64,000 nucleotides of DNA from Tetramitus jugosus (taxonomy: Eukaryota > Protista > Heterolobosea), in the NCBI GenBank assembly GCA_937625935.1, contig OW569381.1, positions 372,001 to 436,000 of the forward strand. The letters are read 5' to 3'. The translations under genes were made by a program, and so were the position numbers. Shown here piece after piece: positions 44,887 to 55,976 of this stretch (positions are counted from its first letter, which is position 1; each line of letters starts with the position of its first letter). The notes beneath the pieces are model-generated. The model was not told where the DNA came from. It worked only from the letters and a program-made list of their open reading frames with translations, and searched no databases.

Positions 44887-47030
44887 CTAATCGATTTCTA
44901 TTGCCTCATCAATTGTCAGTCCATTTGAATGATTCTTCTCTAGTGTTGCTTTTGTTGTCACCTTCTTGGATAACAAACCAAACAATGATGGTGAGTAAGT
45001 AGCATTCATGAGTTTGGAGTTGATGGCTTTGAAAGCGTATGGAGTCGATCTCTGACTGCTCAAATCGCTGGAAAGTGCACGGCTGAGAGCGAGAGCAGGC
45101 GAAAGCGGACTACTCTCAATCTGTCCATCTCGGTCATCATCTTGCATCTCACCATCATCGTTATCGATCGATATAACTTCTGCTTCAACCTTTGATGACG
45201 GAGTAGGAGCAGCCGTCGAAACCTCCTTCTTGTTATGAGGTGTTGCCGGAGCATCGCTTCTGCTTTTAGCACTAGTATCTACAATTTCCCATTCACCCGT
45301 CTTATTGTTAATTTTAATTTTGTCAACGCTTTGATCTTTTGGTATCTTACTTAGTACTTGTGTCAAATAGTCATCCACCACTAACTCTTCATGGGGACAT
45401 CTCCGGTGACAACAAGGGCATTGCCATATTCTAAAATCTGAACAGTACCTCACATAAGTATCCAAATCAAAGCATCTCTTATGTACACAGAATTTACCCT
45501 TGGCGGGCACTTCAATTTGACACATAACAATTGGATCCTTGATAGTGATGACTTCTTCATCACAGGAGAACAAATCTTCGTCTTCATCCTGTTGCTGGGG
45601 AGGAAATATCACTGGTGGTATTGATGTCGTAGAAACATCACTACTTCCACTACCACCACTACCAAGGGCATCAGTCATCGTTGAGTCGTCATCATCGAGT
45701 CGTAAATTGTGTTGCTTTGATTCCTCATAACTCTGCCTTACACTTGCGATTAATTCGTCTACAGTTCTCTTCAAAGACAACGTAATCAGAATAATACTGT
45801 TGAAGGAGGTATTTGGTGGCGATTGAACTTCCAATCGATTCCAATTAGAACTCTCGTTCAATCCATAACAGATATCAAATGACAGTGTGCTAGATCGACT
45901 CACAATTGGTTTCTTAGATAATAGTTGAAGACGTGCAGGCGTAGAGCAAACAACATTTGCCTTTGTTTTTCCCTTTTTGTTCTTCTGTAGTGCTTTGATC
46001 GTTTTTGGCTTGCTCAGTGTTGGTCCATCATTCACTCGAAACAGAGTACCATCACCCCAATTCTGCGCCTTCAAATCCAAAGAATCAATCACTCGATCTG
46101 TTTGCGTAATCTCAAACAAGTGAACACCAACTTCATACAAATTACTCTGCATCGATAGTTTTTCCATATTTTGTTTTGTCAACTCGAATGCGAAACCTAC
46201 TTTATGATAACCTCCAGAGTGACCACTCGGTATATGACAATGCTTCAATTCAATTATTTGTTCAATAGGGTACCTCGGATCTATCAATCCATTAATTGTT
46301 TTTGATGTTTGTAAAATAGTTTCAATCTTTGCTTGCATCGCTGTTTCCATTAATGATTTGTTCCTGTATGCGTGCGTGTGTGTGTATGTAATACATAATC
46401 CATGGAGATCAAAAAAACTTTCAGTTAGCTCACATCTTCATCTTCCGTTTTTACACAAGAACAAGCTTGTTGTTGCATTTTCGTCCTTCTTTTTTTTTAG
46501 CTCCAAAACAGAAACCTTGTTCATGCACACCGTCCAATAACACAGACACATATGAGATAGAAAAAAAGATAATCTTACCTTTGCAAATTCAATGATGCAC
46601 CACTCATCGAACTACTGCTGCCACTCAAGATACTTGAACTGTGCAGCGCACTGGGTAACGCATGAGCAAATCGCATGGCCATACTCGGATTGTAACTACT
46701 CTGTGAAGAACTGGCAGCAGCAATGTCTTCAGCACTGGGAAAGAGTGCACTGGAGCAGCGTCGAATGAGTTCATCCTTCTTTCCACTCAGTGTCAAATGC
46801 TTTCCCTTTTCTTGTGTAAGAAAACGTAAAATATCCTTGAGTTCATCCACTTTGAGTTGTTTCATGTTCGTGTTGGGTGAGCCATCTGATTTTGGTTTGA
46901 GGTATTTTGTGAGAAACTCTGATGAGTTGTTTTCTTTGAATCGTACGAGTTTTGTTGTGATCAGCTTGTCAACATCACTGTCTGATAGCACACACTTGTT
47001 TGTTGTTGAGGATGATTTAGCCTTGGGCAT
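44887..47030 (-). CDS. SIZ/PIAS-type SUMO E3 ligase (SAP + SP-RING); intron 46578-46364
   Basis: SAP LKVDELKDILR...LSGKKDELIRR; SP-RING IKDPI...PAKGKFCVHKRCFDL...WQCPCC; SIM EVISID; GTAAGA..CAG intron joins the frames. Confidence 0.9.
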
Positions 47031-47176
47031 TGAGTGTTCGTGTTGCTGAGAAACTCAAGAAGTGAGAGTGGTTGTTGATAGCTGTTTGCGCGGTTTTGTT
47101 CGAATGCTAAAAAATTGAAGCGAGTTTCTTCTGGAAGTGTCGTCGGTTTTTATTGTGTGAAGGAGACGAAGAAGTG

Positions 47177-48724
47177 TTAGGAGCATCTGACAGAGGAACT
47201 GGTCTGCGATCCCTCACTTGAGGACCAAATATCTATTGTGCTGTCTGAGCTTCGTGATCCGTTGTTTCTGGTTGTTTGAGCATCGGGAGTGTTTGGTAGA
47301 AAGAAGTGATTAGTGGGAGAAAGGAAACGACCACTAGTTGTGGTCCTAGAACCCAAGAATTGGTTTCCGAGAGCACAATCTGAGAATGATCCAATCTTTG
47401 GTGTTTGACATATCGAATTCAAGTCAAAATCTGGATGTGAATCTCCAAATGTTAGTACTGTAGAATGAGAGGGTTCCTCCTCTTCATTCAATTGTAGAGT
47501 TAACCCTCCATACTTGTTTCTCCTTGATATCGAAGGATTTGAAGGATTAGAATACATATTGGATGAATAGGGATTGAAGTCGCTGATGTTCTCGTCTGTT
47601 TCAAGTGTGAGCTCGCTCTCGACCTTCACTCTCTTGATTGATCGCTGGCCTTCGAGTTCATGGTCTTCATGGGACCTCTTTCGTTCTTCTTGGCCGGATG
47701 CATTGAATGAACTTCCTGAGAATGGATGAGATTCTTCATTGTCAAAGGTATCTCCGGGGGTTTGGTATGTGGGTATTGGGGCAATGTTTTCTTGGTTTTG
47801 TGTCATGGATTGAAATTCCTCTGCCTTCTTCATTTCATTCCTCCGGCTTAAGGTGGAATTCCAATGATTCTTAATCGCATTTGCTGTTCTACCATGCAGT
47901 TCTCTGCTAATCTTTGCCCATTGGTTCCCATATTTACTATGCATCTCAACTATAATATCATCCTCTTCGGGCGCCCATGCTTTCTTACTGATCCTAGGAT
48001 CCAAGTGGTTCAAGTATCTTTCCCTACATTGCTTTCCTATTCTACCCTTCAGTTGAGTCGCAATATGAGACCACCTCTTTGCTCCGTGTTTTCGTACAAG
48101 ATCTATCAGTAGTTTGTCCTCTTCTTCTGTCCAACTTCCCTTAATATGAAAATCATCCTCTACTCTCTTCAACTCTCTTGTTGGGGTCCCATTTCCCTCA
48201 ATGGAAGAGGAGCTAGTGTTGACCATACTGTTTAGAGTTCCACTACTATTTTGAATATCAACAATCATATTATCATTGAAGCTGTGAGCTCCCATATCTA
48301 CAGTAACTTGCTGAGGAATGCTCCTTGGAGCGCTTAACATCTCAACTACCCTCTGAAATAAAGCTACTGGTAGCTTGGCATACACAAAGGGTTCTTCACT
48401 CCCTTGATTGATCCCATGTCCAGAATTATAGTTTTGAAACGAAGAAGTGAGGTCGTATATGTGAATATTAGATAGAGAAGATGACGATGGAGAGCTACTC
48501 AAAACATGGGAAGGATTTTCTAACATGATGCACATCTGTTGAGACATGTTGTTAGGTGGCTCTGGGTGTTGAGCATACACTGTTTGATGGTGAAACAATG
48601 GTGCTTGTGAGCAGTGAGATATTTCATTTGGATTCTTATATATTCCAGTTCCTAGGATATGTAAGGAGGATAGGTCTTGCTCTGGAAACTCATGTTGGTG
48701 ATTGTGATCTATCGGAGATGTCAT
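47177..48724 (-). CDS. R2R3-type Myb transcription factor
   Basis: KGSWTEEED...GRIGKQCRERYLNHLDP and W..EED...GNQWAKIS...GRTANAIKNHWNS. Confidence 0.93.
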   Translation of the reverse strand: MTSPIDHNHQHEFPEQDLSSLHILGTGIYKNPNEISHCSQAPLFHHQTVYAQHPEPPNNMSQQMCIMLENPSHVLSSSPSSSSLSNIHIYDLTSSFQNYNSGHGINQGSEEPFVYAKLPVALFQRVVEMLSAPRSIPQQVTVDMGAHSFNDNMIVDIQNSSGTLNSMVNTSSSSIEGNGTPTRELKRVEDDFHIKGSWTEEEDKLLIDLVRKHGAKRWSHIATQLKGRIGKQCRERYLNHLDPRISKKAWAPEEDDIIVEMHSKYGNQWAKISRELHGRTANAIKNHWNSTLSRRNEMKKAEEFQSMTQNQENIAPIPTYQTPGDTFDNEESHPFSGSSFNASGQEERKRSHEDHELEGQRSIKRVKVESELTLETDENISDFNPYSSNMYSNPSNPSISRRNKYGGLTLQLNEEEEPSHSTVLTFGDSHPDFDLNSICQTPKIGSFSDCALGNQFLGSRTTTSGRFLSPTNHFFLPNTPDAQTTRNNGSRSSDSTIDIWSSSEGSQTSSSVRCS

Positions 48725-49327
48725 TTAACAGGACAAAGAGCGGCTCACGGCAAATACTACTGGTTGCGTTAACGAATTTTGAGAACTTGGTCAGGTAAGT
48801 ATATATCTGAAGCGGATGCCGATTGCACGCACTTCTCCCAACCGTAAATAATGTCGGGTTTATTTTACAACACAGAACGTTTGTGTGAAAATTATGGATT
48901 CTGTTCCAAGGAACTACAAACTTCTGTATCATTTTTTTTCGCGAGATATTCCGGAAAGACCCACCGATAAATTTCGCTACTTCACCAAACGTAGACGGCG
49001 GAATTTTAGAAAATGAGGGTTACAATTGCTCCAGTCAACCGTGGGTTCAACAAAACCTATTTTTCGGGCCCGATTATCTTTGCGCATGTGCGATTCTGGT
49101 TTTTCGAATTTGACATCCACAGGACGATCAAAGATTTTTGAAAAACACAACACGTTACACCCAGGACACCCAAAAAGCTTTCAGTCACACTAGAGCAGCC
49201 CACCCGACACCTCTGTTTAACGTACCTTTATATAATTCACTTGAAATCCCAGTATCTCTCGAAGAAGAATATTATTCAGTGAATTAACCCCCTTTTAACA
49301 AAGACAAAAGAAACCAATTACTGTTTT

Positions 49328-49529
49328 ATGGCCTTTGTTAAGCAAAACTACGACGAAAAAAGACCACTTACCGCACTAGAACTCTTCATCCTTTCCAGCA
49401 ACGTATGTGTACTTTCACATTTTCACACACACTTTTCTCCGATGTGACAAAAAAAGCTAACATCCTTTTTTTTGTGCACGTTTCTTTCGCTTTTTGTTGA
49501 CAAAAATGCAGAGCAAAGAACCAGGGTAG
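49328..49529 (+). promoter_or_regulatory. Spliced upstream ORF in the AdoMetDC leader (exons 49328-49402, 49512-49529)
   Basis: ATG 49328; GTATGT donor 49403; GCTAAC branch 49456; pyrimidine tract; first AG ends 49511; product MAFVKQNYDEKRPLTALELFILSSNSKEPG*. Confidence 0.55.
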
Positions 49530-49532
49530 CAG

Positions 49533-50924
49533 ATGAAAAACACCCATCAAAACACGATCGATCACACTTACGAAACGGAAAAAATTCACGCACAAGACAT
49601 ACACCAAGAACACTTCATCTCCGAGTATGAGTTCGAGGGATTTGAAGGCCCAGAAAAAAAGATTGAATTAGAATTTCGTTATTCCCCAAACGCCAAACAA
49701 CAAAATAAGCATGGTCTCCGCCAATTGACCGCATCTGAATGGCAATCTCAATTGCTTGACGATGTTCACTGCAAAATTATCTCTCAAACAAGCAATCATT
49801 ACTTTGATTCCTATGTTTTGAGTGAAAGCTCCTTGTTTGTCTACCCATTCAAGTTGATCTTGAAGACTTGCGGCACTACTACATTGTTGCATGCCGTTGA
49901 ACCCATTTTGAAGATTGCCTCTCAATTTGAAATGGTTGTTGATTTTTGTTGGTTCTCCAGAAAGAACTATGTGTTCCCACATAAGCAACTCGCACCTCAC
50001 ACTAGTTGGGAGGACGAAGTTCAACATTTGGATCAATACTTTCCAAATGGCAATGGGTTCATTGTTGGACCAATGAGCAAGGATCATTGGTATCTGTTTG
50101 TTGCTGATTACAGAAACAGAATGGATGAAGAAGAGTCTATTGCACACAACTCACCAGTGGTTCATCACTCTCAACAACCGGATCAAACCTTTGAGGTGTT
50201 GATGCACGAGTTGAGCCCAGATACGATGAAGCAGTTTTTCAAGGATGAGAATTTTGTGAGCTCTGAACAGGTCACAATCTCTAGTGGTATTGCCGATTTG
50301 ATCCCTGGTAGCGTCATTGATGCATTCCAGTTTGATCCTTGTGGTTATTCAATGAATGGCCTGTATGGAGAATCCTATTGGACTATTCACATTACTCCTG
50401 AGGATTCCTGCAGCTTTGCCAGCTTTGAAACCAACTATTTGCCATCCAAGGGTGTTGCATACTATGCAGAGTTGACTCAAAAGGTCATTGATGTTTTTAG
50501 ACCAGGTCGCTTCTCTGTGACTTTGCTTGCCGATGACCACACACCCATTGTTGCTGATGATGAAGAAGACTTGAATTTGCCTCATGACAAGTCCCTGGCT
50601 GCCTTCTCCAACTTGAATTTGCCAAACTTTACTCAATTGTCCAAGTCTTTCTATGAGTTTGAAGGCGGTTTCAACATGACCTTCTGTAGTTTCAAGAAGA
50701 CACCCGAAGTGATTCGCACAAGAGAAAAGAAATTGGCTGAGCTTGTAATCAATTCTGCCAAGAAGCACAAGGCAATCAAGGAACATTGTCAATTGCCTGT
50801 TGTCGCATCACGCGAAGAATTTGACGAGAGTGTCAGTGATAGCAGCAGCGATTCTGAAGAAAAAGATAGCTTCAGCCCTGTTGTCCATAGCCCAGCCACC
50901 AAGTGTGCTATTGATGTACTTTAA
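49533..50924 (+). CDS. AMD1: S-adenosylmethionine decarboxylase proenzyme
   Basis: FEGPEKKIE, YVLSE/SSLFV autocleavage site, LKTCGTT, FDPCGYSMNG, TIHITPE, ASFETN; PEST-like tail. Confidence 0.97.
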   Translation: MKNTHQNTIDHTYETEKIHAQDIHQEHFISEYEFEGFEGPEKKIELEFRYSPNAKQQNKHGLRQLTASEWQSQLLDDVHCKIISQTSNHYFDSYVLSESSLFVYPFKLILKTCGTTTLLHAVEPILKIASQFEMVVDFCWFSRKNYVFPHKQLAPHTSWEDEVQHLDQYFPNGNGFIVGPMSKDHWYLFVADYRNRMDEEESIAHNSPVVHHSQQPDQTFEVLMHELSPDTMKQFFKDENFVSSEQVTISSGIADLIPGSVIDAFQFDPCGYSMNGLYGESYWTIHITPEDSCSFASFETNYLPSKGVAYYAELTQKVIDVFRPGRFSVTLLADDHTPIVADDEEDLNLPHDKSLAAFSNLNLPNFTQLSKSFYEFEGGFNMTFCSFKKTPEVIRTREKKLAELVINSAKKHKAIKEHCQLPVVASREEFDESVSDSSSDSEEKDSFSPVVHSPATKCAIDVL

Positions 50925-51058
50925 TTTATTATTATTGGCATGGGCGGTGCAAGCACTGATTGTTCACACGATTCCAAAAGAATAAATACTTTTATTTTTT
51001 ACTACACCAGAACAACAGTCAAAAAAAAGGAGCTCTGAAGTTACGTCAACTTATTTAT

Positions 51059-51744
51059 TTATGTGTACTTGTACATTGCCTTGTTGTGCATAATCATCTT
51101 GTCGTTCACAAAATAGAATGAATCAGACACAACTTCATATGGATGAGCTACAATGTCCTCAACTGTATTTAATCATTGAGTCAGCAAAGAACGAAACCAA
51201 CAAAAAACAGAAGCACCACATACTCTCTTGACTGGATAAAGCTGGCATATTGTAAATGCATTCCCAAGAGTTAGTACTGTTAGGAATACAAAAATTGAAA
51301 TTGAAATCAAATGTCTTTAGGAGCCTATCCTTAAAGTAATGCCTCTCAATCATTCTGAAATTCTGCAGTGGCTTGTCTCCAACAGAGAAAATCAAGGTTG
51401 TTCCCAGAGCTGGACTCTTCAGTACTTCTCTGCTAAATTGATACTTGATACATCTGAGGTCATCTTCATCAGTGATTCCTTGGTTAATGGCATCTCTTGT
51501 GACTTCTTCAGCCGAAGTTTCAAATATAATTTTGTTTGTAGATGTGTCTCTAATCTTGAACTGCAAAAATTGTACATCAAAAGTGTTGGAGGATAATGGA
51601 CACAAGTAGTCTATGATTGTGTTTGATTGAGACACATGTAAGTCATCTGACTGGTTCAGTTCATCAAAGGAAAGAAGAAGACTACGTACTCACAGTTGGT
51701 TTCTTTAGCTTCAGAACATCGGATGGAGTGTATGTCCCTCTCAT
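51059..51744 (-). CDS. UNC119: UNC119 lipid-binding chaperone; exons 51744-51690, 51610-51224, 51162-51059
   Basis: YLCPLSSNTFDVQFLQFKIRD, NFRMIERHYF, FCIPNSTNSWE, SDSFYFVNDKMIMHNKA. Confidence 0.93.
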
Positions 51745-51895
51745 GATTAGTGTTTGTTGATCGATGTGCTCCTGTTTTGTGTCGGGAAAGTTGTAGACGG
51801 AGAAGGGCGCGATCAATGGTCCGCAGCATCTGCACAGCAAAAAAGTGATCTCAAAAAACACAAGCAAAAGCTTTGATCAAACAAACAACACAGCT

Positions 51896-52798
51896 ATGAG
51901 CCAATACAACATCCAACAGACATCCAACGAAAAGGTTTTCGGTGGTCAATTGTACCGCTTCTCTCACAAGTCACCAACTCTCGGTGGCTGTACCATGAAC
52001 TTCCACGTGTTCCTCCCGCCATTTTCTTCCCTCCAAAATAATTTGGCGCCAGTTTTGTATTTTTTGAGCGGTTTGACGTGTACAGATGAAAATTTTGTAC
52101 AAAAGGCGGGAGCTTTCGGCGCTCTAGCCAAGCACGGCTTAGCTCTTGTTGCTTGCGACACTTCTCCAAGAGGTGACGACGTTCCTGATGATGAGTCAGC
52201 ATGGGACTCTGGTAAGGGAGCTGGTTTCTACGTGGATGCTACTCAAGAACCATGGAGCTCTCATTACAAGATGTATAGCTATGTCGTGACTGAGCTTCCA
52301 CTGGTGCTACAAGAGTTGGTTGAGCAGAAAAGTGCAGAGTTTGGTGTGTTGGACTTGAGCAGAGCAGGTATCTTTGGTCATTCAATGGGTGGTCATGGTG
52401 CATTGACCATTTATTTGAAAAACCGTGAAAAGTATCAATCTGTTTCTGCTTTTGCACCCATTTCAAACCCTTCTCATCCAGAGTGTAGTTGGGGTCAAAA
52501 GAACTTGGGAAGATACTTGGGAACAGAGGACAAGTCTGCCTGGGCTCAATACTGTGCGGTTGATTTGGTCAATCAACTGAATGGACAAGGTTCTGGAATT
52601 GAGATTTATGTGGATCAGGGAATAGAGGACTCCTTCTTGAAGAGGGGAGAGTTGAGAGTGGATGAATTGAAGACTGCCTGTGACAAGAATGGTGTGAAGC
52701 TTGTGTTGAACATGCGTGAAGGTTATACTCACGGTTACTGGTTCGTTCAAACATTTGTGCAAGACCATATCGAATTCCACGCTCAGAGATTAAAGTAA
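51896..52798 (+). CDS. ESD: S-formylglutathione hydrolase (esterase D)
   Basis: LSGLTCTDENF, DTSPRG, GAGFYVDAT, GHSMGGHGAL, GYTHGY. Confidence 0.96.
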   Translation: MSQYNIQQTSNEKVFGGQLYRFSHKSPTLGGCTMNFHVFLPPFSSLQNNLAPVLYFLSGLTCTDENFVQKAGAFGALAKHGLALVACDTSPRGDDVPDDESAWDSGKGAGFYVDATQEPWSSHYKMYSYVVTELPLVLQELVEQKSAEFGVLDLSRAGIFGHSMGGHGALTIYLKNREKYQSVSAFAPISNPSHPECSWGQKNLGRYLGTEDKSAWAQYCAVDLVNQLNGQGSGIEIYVDQGIEDSFLKRGELRVDELKTACDKNGVKLVLNMREGYTHGYWFVQTFVQDHIEFHAQRLK

Positions 52799-52851
52799 CC
52801 TCAGTTGGTCGTAATTATCAAGGAATACATTGTTTTTGGGTATTATTTGTT

Positions 52852-54999
52852 TTATAGCGCAATAGAATAAGATCTTCCGCCAACATTGTGCATTGGTACG
52901 ACTTGGTGCGAAGTTAGGTCTCTGATTGTCCACTCATACCAAACCTTTGTTTTGTCGACACATCTGTACATGTGAACTTGTATCTTTGCTCCACTCTTTA
53001 CGCTCATTGGGGCACGCACTGGAAACAAAATTGGGAACCATGAGAACATGCCTTCAGAGAAAGACTTTGGAAGAATACTCATTAATACGTCTCCATAGAG
53101 TGTACATTCAAAGTATCCAATCAGACCGTGAATTACCATCTCATTTCCACCTACTTGATTGGAGGGAACACACCCTGGCAGCTCGAAGCTCAATACCGTA
53201 TGGCGGCTGTTGTTAATCGGATGTTTGTTATTTGGATGCTCGAAGCTGAAACACTCTTGTGGCTCGCACAGCGGCAAACCACTGAACACATTGACAACAT
53301 AGGCCGTCTCGAATGCCTTTCTGACCTTTGTAGGAGTTACGTTCATCACTTCGTGATGCATCTTGGCAGACATCAATGGACTCAAATAGGACCTGTATGA
53401 AGATGGAATACTAATTCCAGTGTCAGGCTTCAGCAGCCTTTGAGCACCGTCCAAACATTCCGGACTCAATTCATTGTCACCGAATGAACCCAAGAGTTCA
53501 CTGACAATAATATCGGCCAATTCCTCTGGTTGCCAAACTCTCATATCACTCTCAACGATATGAACGTCCATATACTTCCAAATCGTGTTCTTGAAATGAT
53601 GCAAAGTAACAAGTGCATTCGGATTTTTCTCTACTGCATAGATTTTGACCTTTTTCTGAGCTTGACGAGCAGCTCGAATCGTGGCTTTTACCAATGGTCC
53701 TCTTCCAGCACCAACAACCATGACCACAACAGTATCCAAATGAGAATACTTTTCGATCAAAGCTTGCTTGATTGCTTGCTGATACAGAGCGTACTTGACT
53801 GGATCCTTCTCAAACACCTCATACGTCTGAGATTCCAAATTGTGATGCAACGGTTGCAAAGGAGCTTGTAAAAAGTCTCTGTAAGGCTTTTCAAACGCCT
53901 CCACTTCAGTCAACATCTCACACTCGTCATACAAGTGATTAATTGCATCAACATATGGTCTTAATCCTCCGTTACGATTGATTGGTGTTCCAGACAACAC
54001 AATCTGTAGTTCATGCCTAAACGCCTTCTTGATAAAATCTGCCATGTATCCATTGCGCCCCGATTGAGTAAAATGAATCAAGTTTTCTCCATGCTCCAAC
54101 GCACTCAACGGCAACACACAAACCTTTAACACTTCACCAAACCACCGTTGCCACATGACTGGAGACACCTCATGACTCTCTCGCTCTTCTTCCTTGTCAT
54201 TTTCATCATCATCAAATGACACAAGTTCCACCATTGGTAACATGTTCTTCCAAGCGTCACTACCCTGACACAAGCTCTTCAACTCATTCCAAATGTTCCA
54301 TCGATCGACTGGTACCTGGATCCAAAACGCACAAAACGCATTCGTATTCTTCATTAAAACATTGGCATAAGCCACTATATTTTCACTTGTTGGACAAGGC
54401 AACACCACTGCAGGAACACTTAGATGATATGCCCATGCCAATTCTCTCTCAATTATCATTGTTATTGCATCAACATTTTCACTATTCTTCTCACCACTAC
54501 TCAAACAATCAAATGGAATGGAATTGATTTTGGCTACGATACGATTACTCCAATCAGTCGTTCGAAACAACAACTCTGTCGATTGAATGTTATGTCTCTG
54601 ACTCATTGGTCTCTGATCCAACAATGACATGTCATTTCTATTATCATTATCATGAGTAAGAGGAGTAGAATTATTGGTTGTTGTTGTTGTTGTTGTTGAA
54701 TGATCAAAGTAAGCAATGGGATGAACCATGTAATCAATTTGTTGTTCGGAAATGATTTGAAGGCATTGATCAATGGACCAACAACTACTACTATTGGCTG
54801 AATTCACCAATGATTGTGATTGTGATGATGATGATGTCTCGTATCCAATATAAATCTTTTCACACAAGTCATAGTATGGATTATTATTATTGTTGTTGTT
54901 GTCGCTGTGTTCATCATTGTCTTCATTGGAGTGGAGTTGTAGTTCTTGTCGAATGTTGTGAATGACATCGACAATGGGATCTTCATTGGGATCGATCAT
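52852..54999 (-). CDS. PRMT5: Protein arginine N-methyltransferase 5
   Basis: LQAPLQPL..NLESQTYEVFEKDPVKY, VVGAGRGPLV, VSELLGSFGDNELSPECLD, GMFSWFP. Confidence 0.97.
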   Translation of the reverse strand: MIDPNEDPIVDVIHNIRQELQLHSNEDNDEHSDNNNNNNNPYYDLCEKIYIGYETSSSSQSQSLVNSANSSSCWSIDQCLQIISEQQIDYMVHPIAYFDHSTTTTTTTNNSTPLTHDNDNRNDMSLLDQRPMSQRHNIQSTELLFRTTDWSNRIVAKINSIPFDCLSSGEKNSENVDAITMIIERELAWAYHLSVPAVVLPCPTSENIVAYANVLMKNTNAFCAFWIQVPVDRWNIWNELKSLCQGSDAWKNMLPMVELVSFDDDENDKEEERESHEVSPVMWQRWFGEVLKVCVLPLSALEHGENLIHFTQSGRNGYMADFIKKAFRHELQIVLSGTPINRNGGLRPYVDAINHLYDECEMLTEVEAFEKPYRDFLQAPLQPLHHNLESQTYEVFEKDPVKYALYQQAIKQALIEKYSHLDTVVVMVVGAGRGPLVKATIRAARQAQKKVKIYAVEKNPNALVTLHHFKNTIWKYMDVHIVESDMRVWQPEELADIIVSELLGSFGDNELSPECLDGAQRLLKPDTGISIPSSYRSYLSPLMSAKMHHEVMNVTPTKVRKAFETAYVVNVFSGLPLCEPQECFSFEHPNNKHPINNSRHTVLSFELPGCVPSNQVGGNEMVIHGLIGYFECTLYGDVLMSILPKSFSEGMFSWFPILFPVRAPMSVKSGAKIQVHMYRCVDKTKVWYEWTIRDLTSHQVVPMHNVGGRSYSIAL

Positions 55000-55154
55000 T
55001 CTATTCTTGTTGTAGTTGTTGTTGCGATTGGAAATACGATGTTTTTTCTCTTTTTTTTATTTGTATGGGTGTGAAATGCACTGTGGATCTTGTTGTTGGA
55101 TGGGAGGATGATGGAGGGATGTTGTGTGTCAGAGACATGGAGTGAGATCAAGGT

Positions 55155-55784
55155 TCAACTAGAAGTGCGACGACCAGTGATCTTCAAGAGAGTTGCTTTG
55201 AATTTAAATCTCCTTGTCCTTTTCTCAGTTGTTGTATTCAGCTTTGTGGGTTGTTCGACTTTTTCTACTCCTTTGTCGTCCAGTTCCAGCGATGTTTTAG
55301 ACGATAGATCCACAACATTTTGCTCATGACGAAAAGTACTATACTCTGCACAAATGTTGTTGTTTTCCAAATTCAAAATCTCTCCATCGCCTGGATTGGA
55401 TGACCGGGTCACATGTACCACATTGCAGCGAATGGTATTGGGACTGTATTCTGAATTGAGAGGTGACATATGACCGCATCCTCTACAACTGTTAATCCAG
55501 GGAAGAAACAGAGAACTCATTCGATTTCTGTTCTTGGATTGTTCAGGTGCTGATCTGGGTGTATCAATGGACACAAGATACGACCGATGACGAGGATGAC
55601 AGGTCATGGAGCGACTGGTCGTGTGTACATACTGAGGTATGTTTGAATGATTAGTTGATGAGTATTCCTGGTATGTAAAACGTTGGAAAACGGTATGAGT
55701 GGGCGACTGAATGCAGAAGGGAGATTTGGGAGTGATATTCAGATGATCATTCAAATCCAACGTTTGAATATCATTGAATCTCAT
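55155..55784 (-). CDS. Hypothetical protein
   Basis: 209-aa ATG ORF filling an intergenic gap; no recognisable motif. Confidence 0.35.
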   Translation of the reverse strand: MRFNDIQTLDLNDHLNITPKSPFCIQSPTHTVFQRFTYQEYSSTNHSNIPQYVHTTSRSMTCHPRHRSYLVSIDTPRSAPEQSKNRNRMSSLFLPWINSCRGCGHMSPLNSEYSPNTIRCNVVHVTRSSNPGDGEILNLENNNICAEYSTFRHEQNVVDLSSKTSLELDDKGVEKVEQPTKLNTTTEKRTRRFKFKATLLKITGRRTSS

Positions 55785-55976
55785 TCTTCCAATTATGAGC
55801 TTGATGTGTTAGACAACAGATACAGAGTAAAGTTCGTTGGGTGTTTCTTGAAACCCTAGAATGAAATATCAGCTCAACTCCTCTGTCATGTTGAGAGAAC
55901 TAACTGTCGAGCTGAAAAGAATCCATCAGCCAAACACCCTTCGAAAAAAGAAAGTGTATCGGTCTACAGTAGTTTT

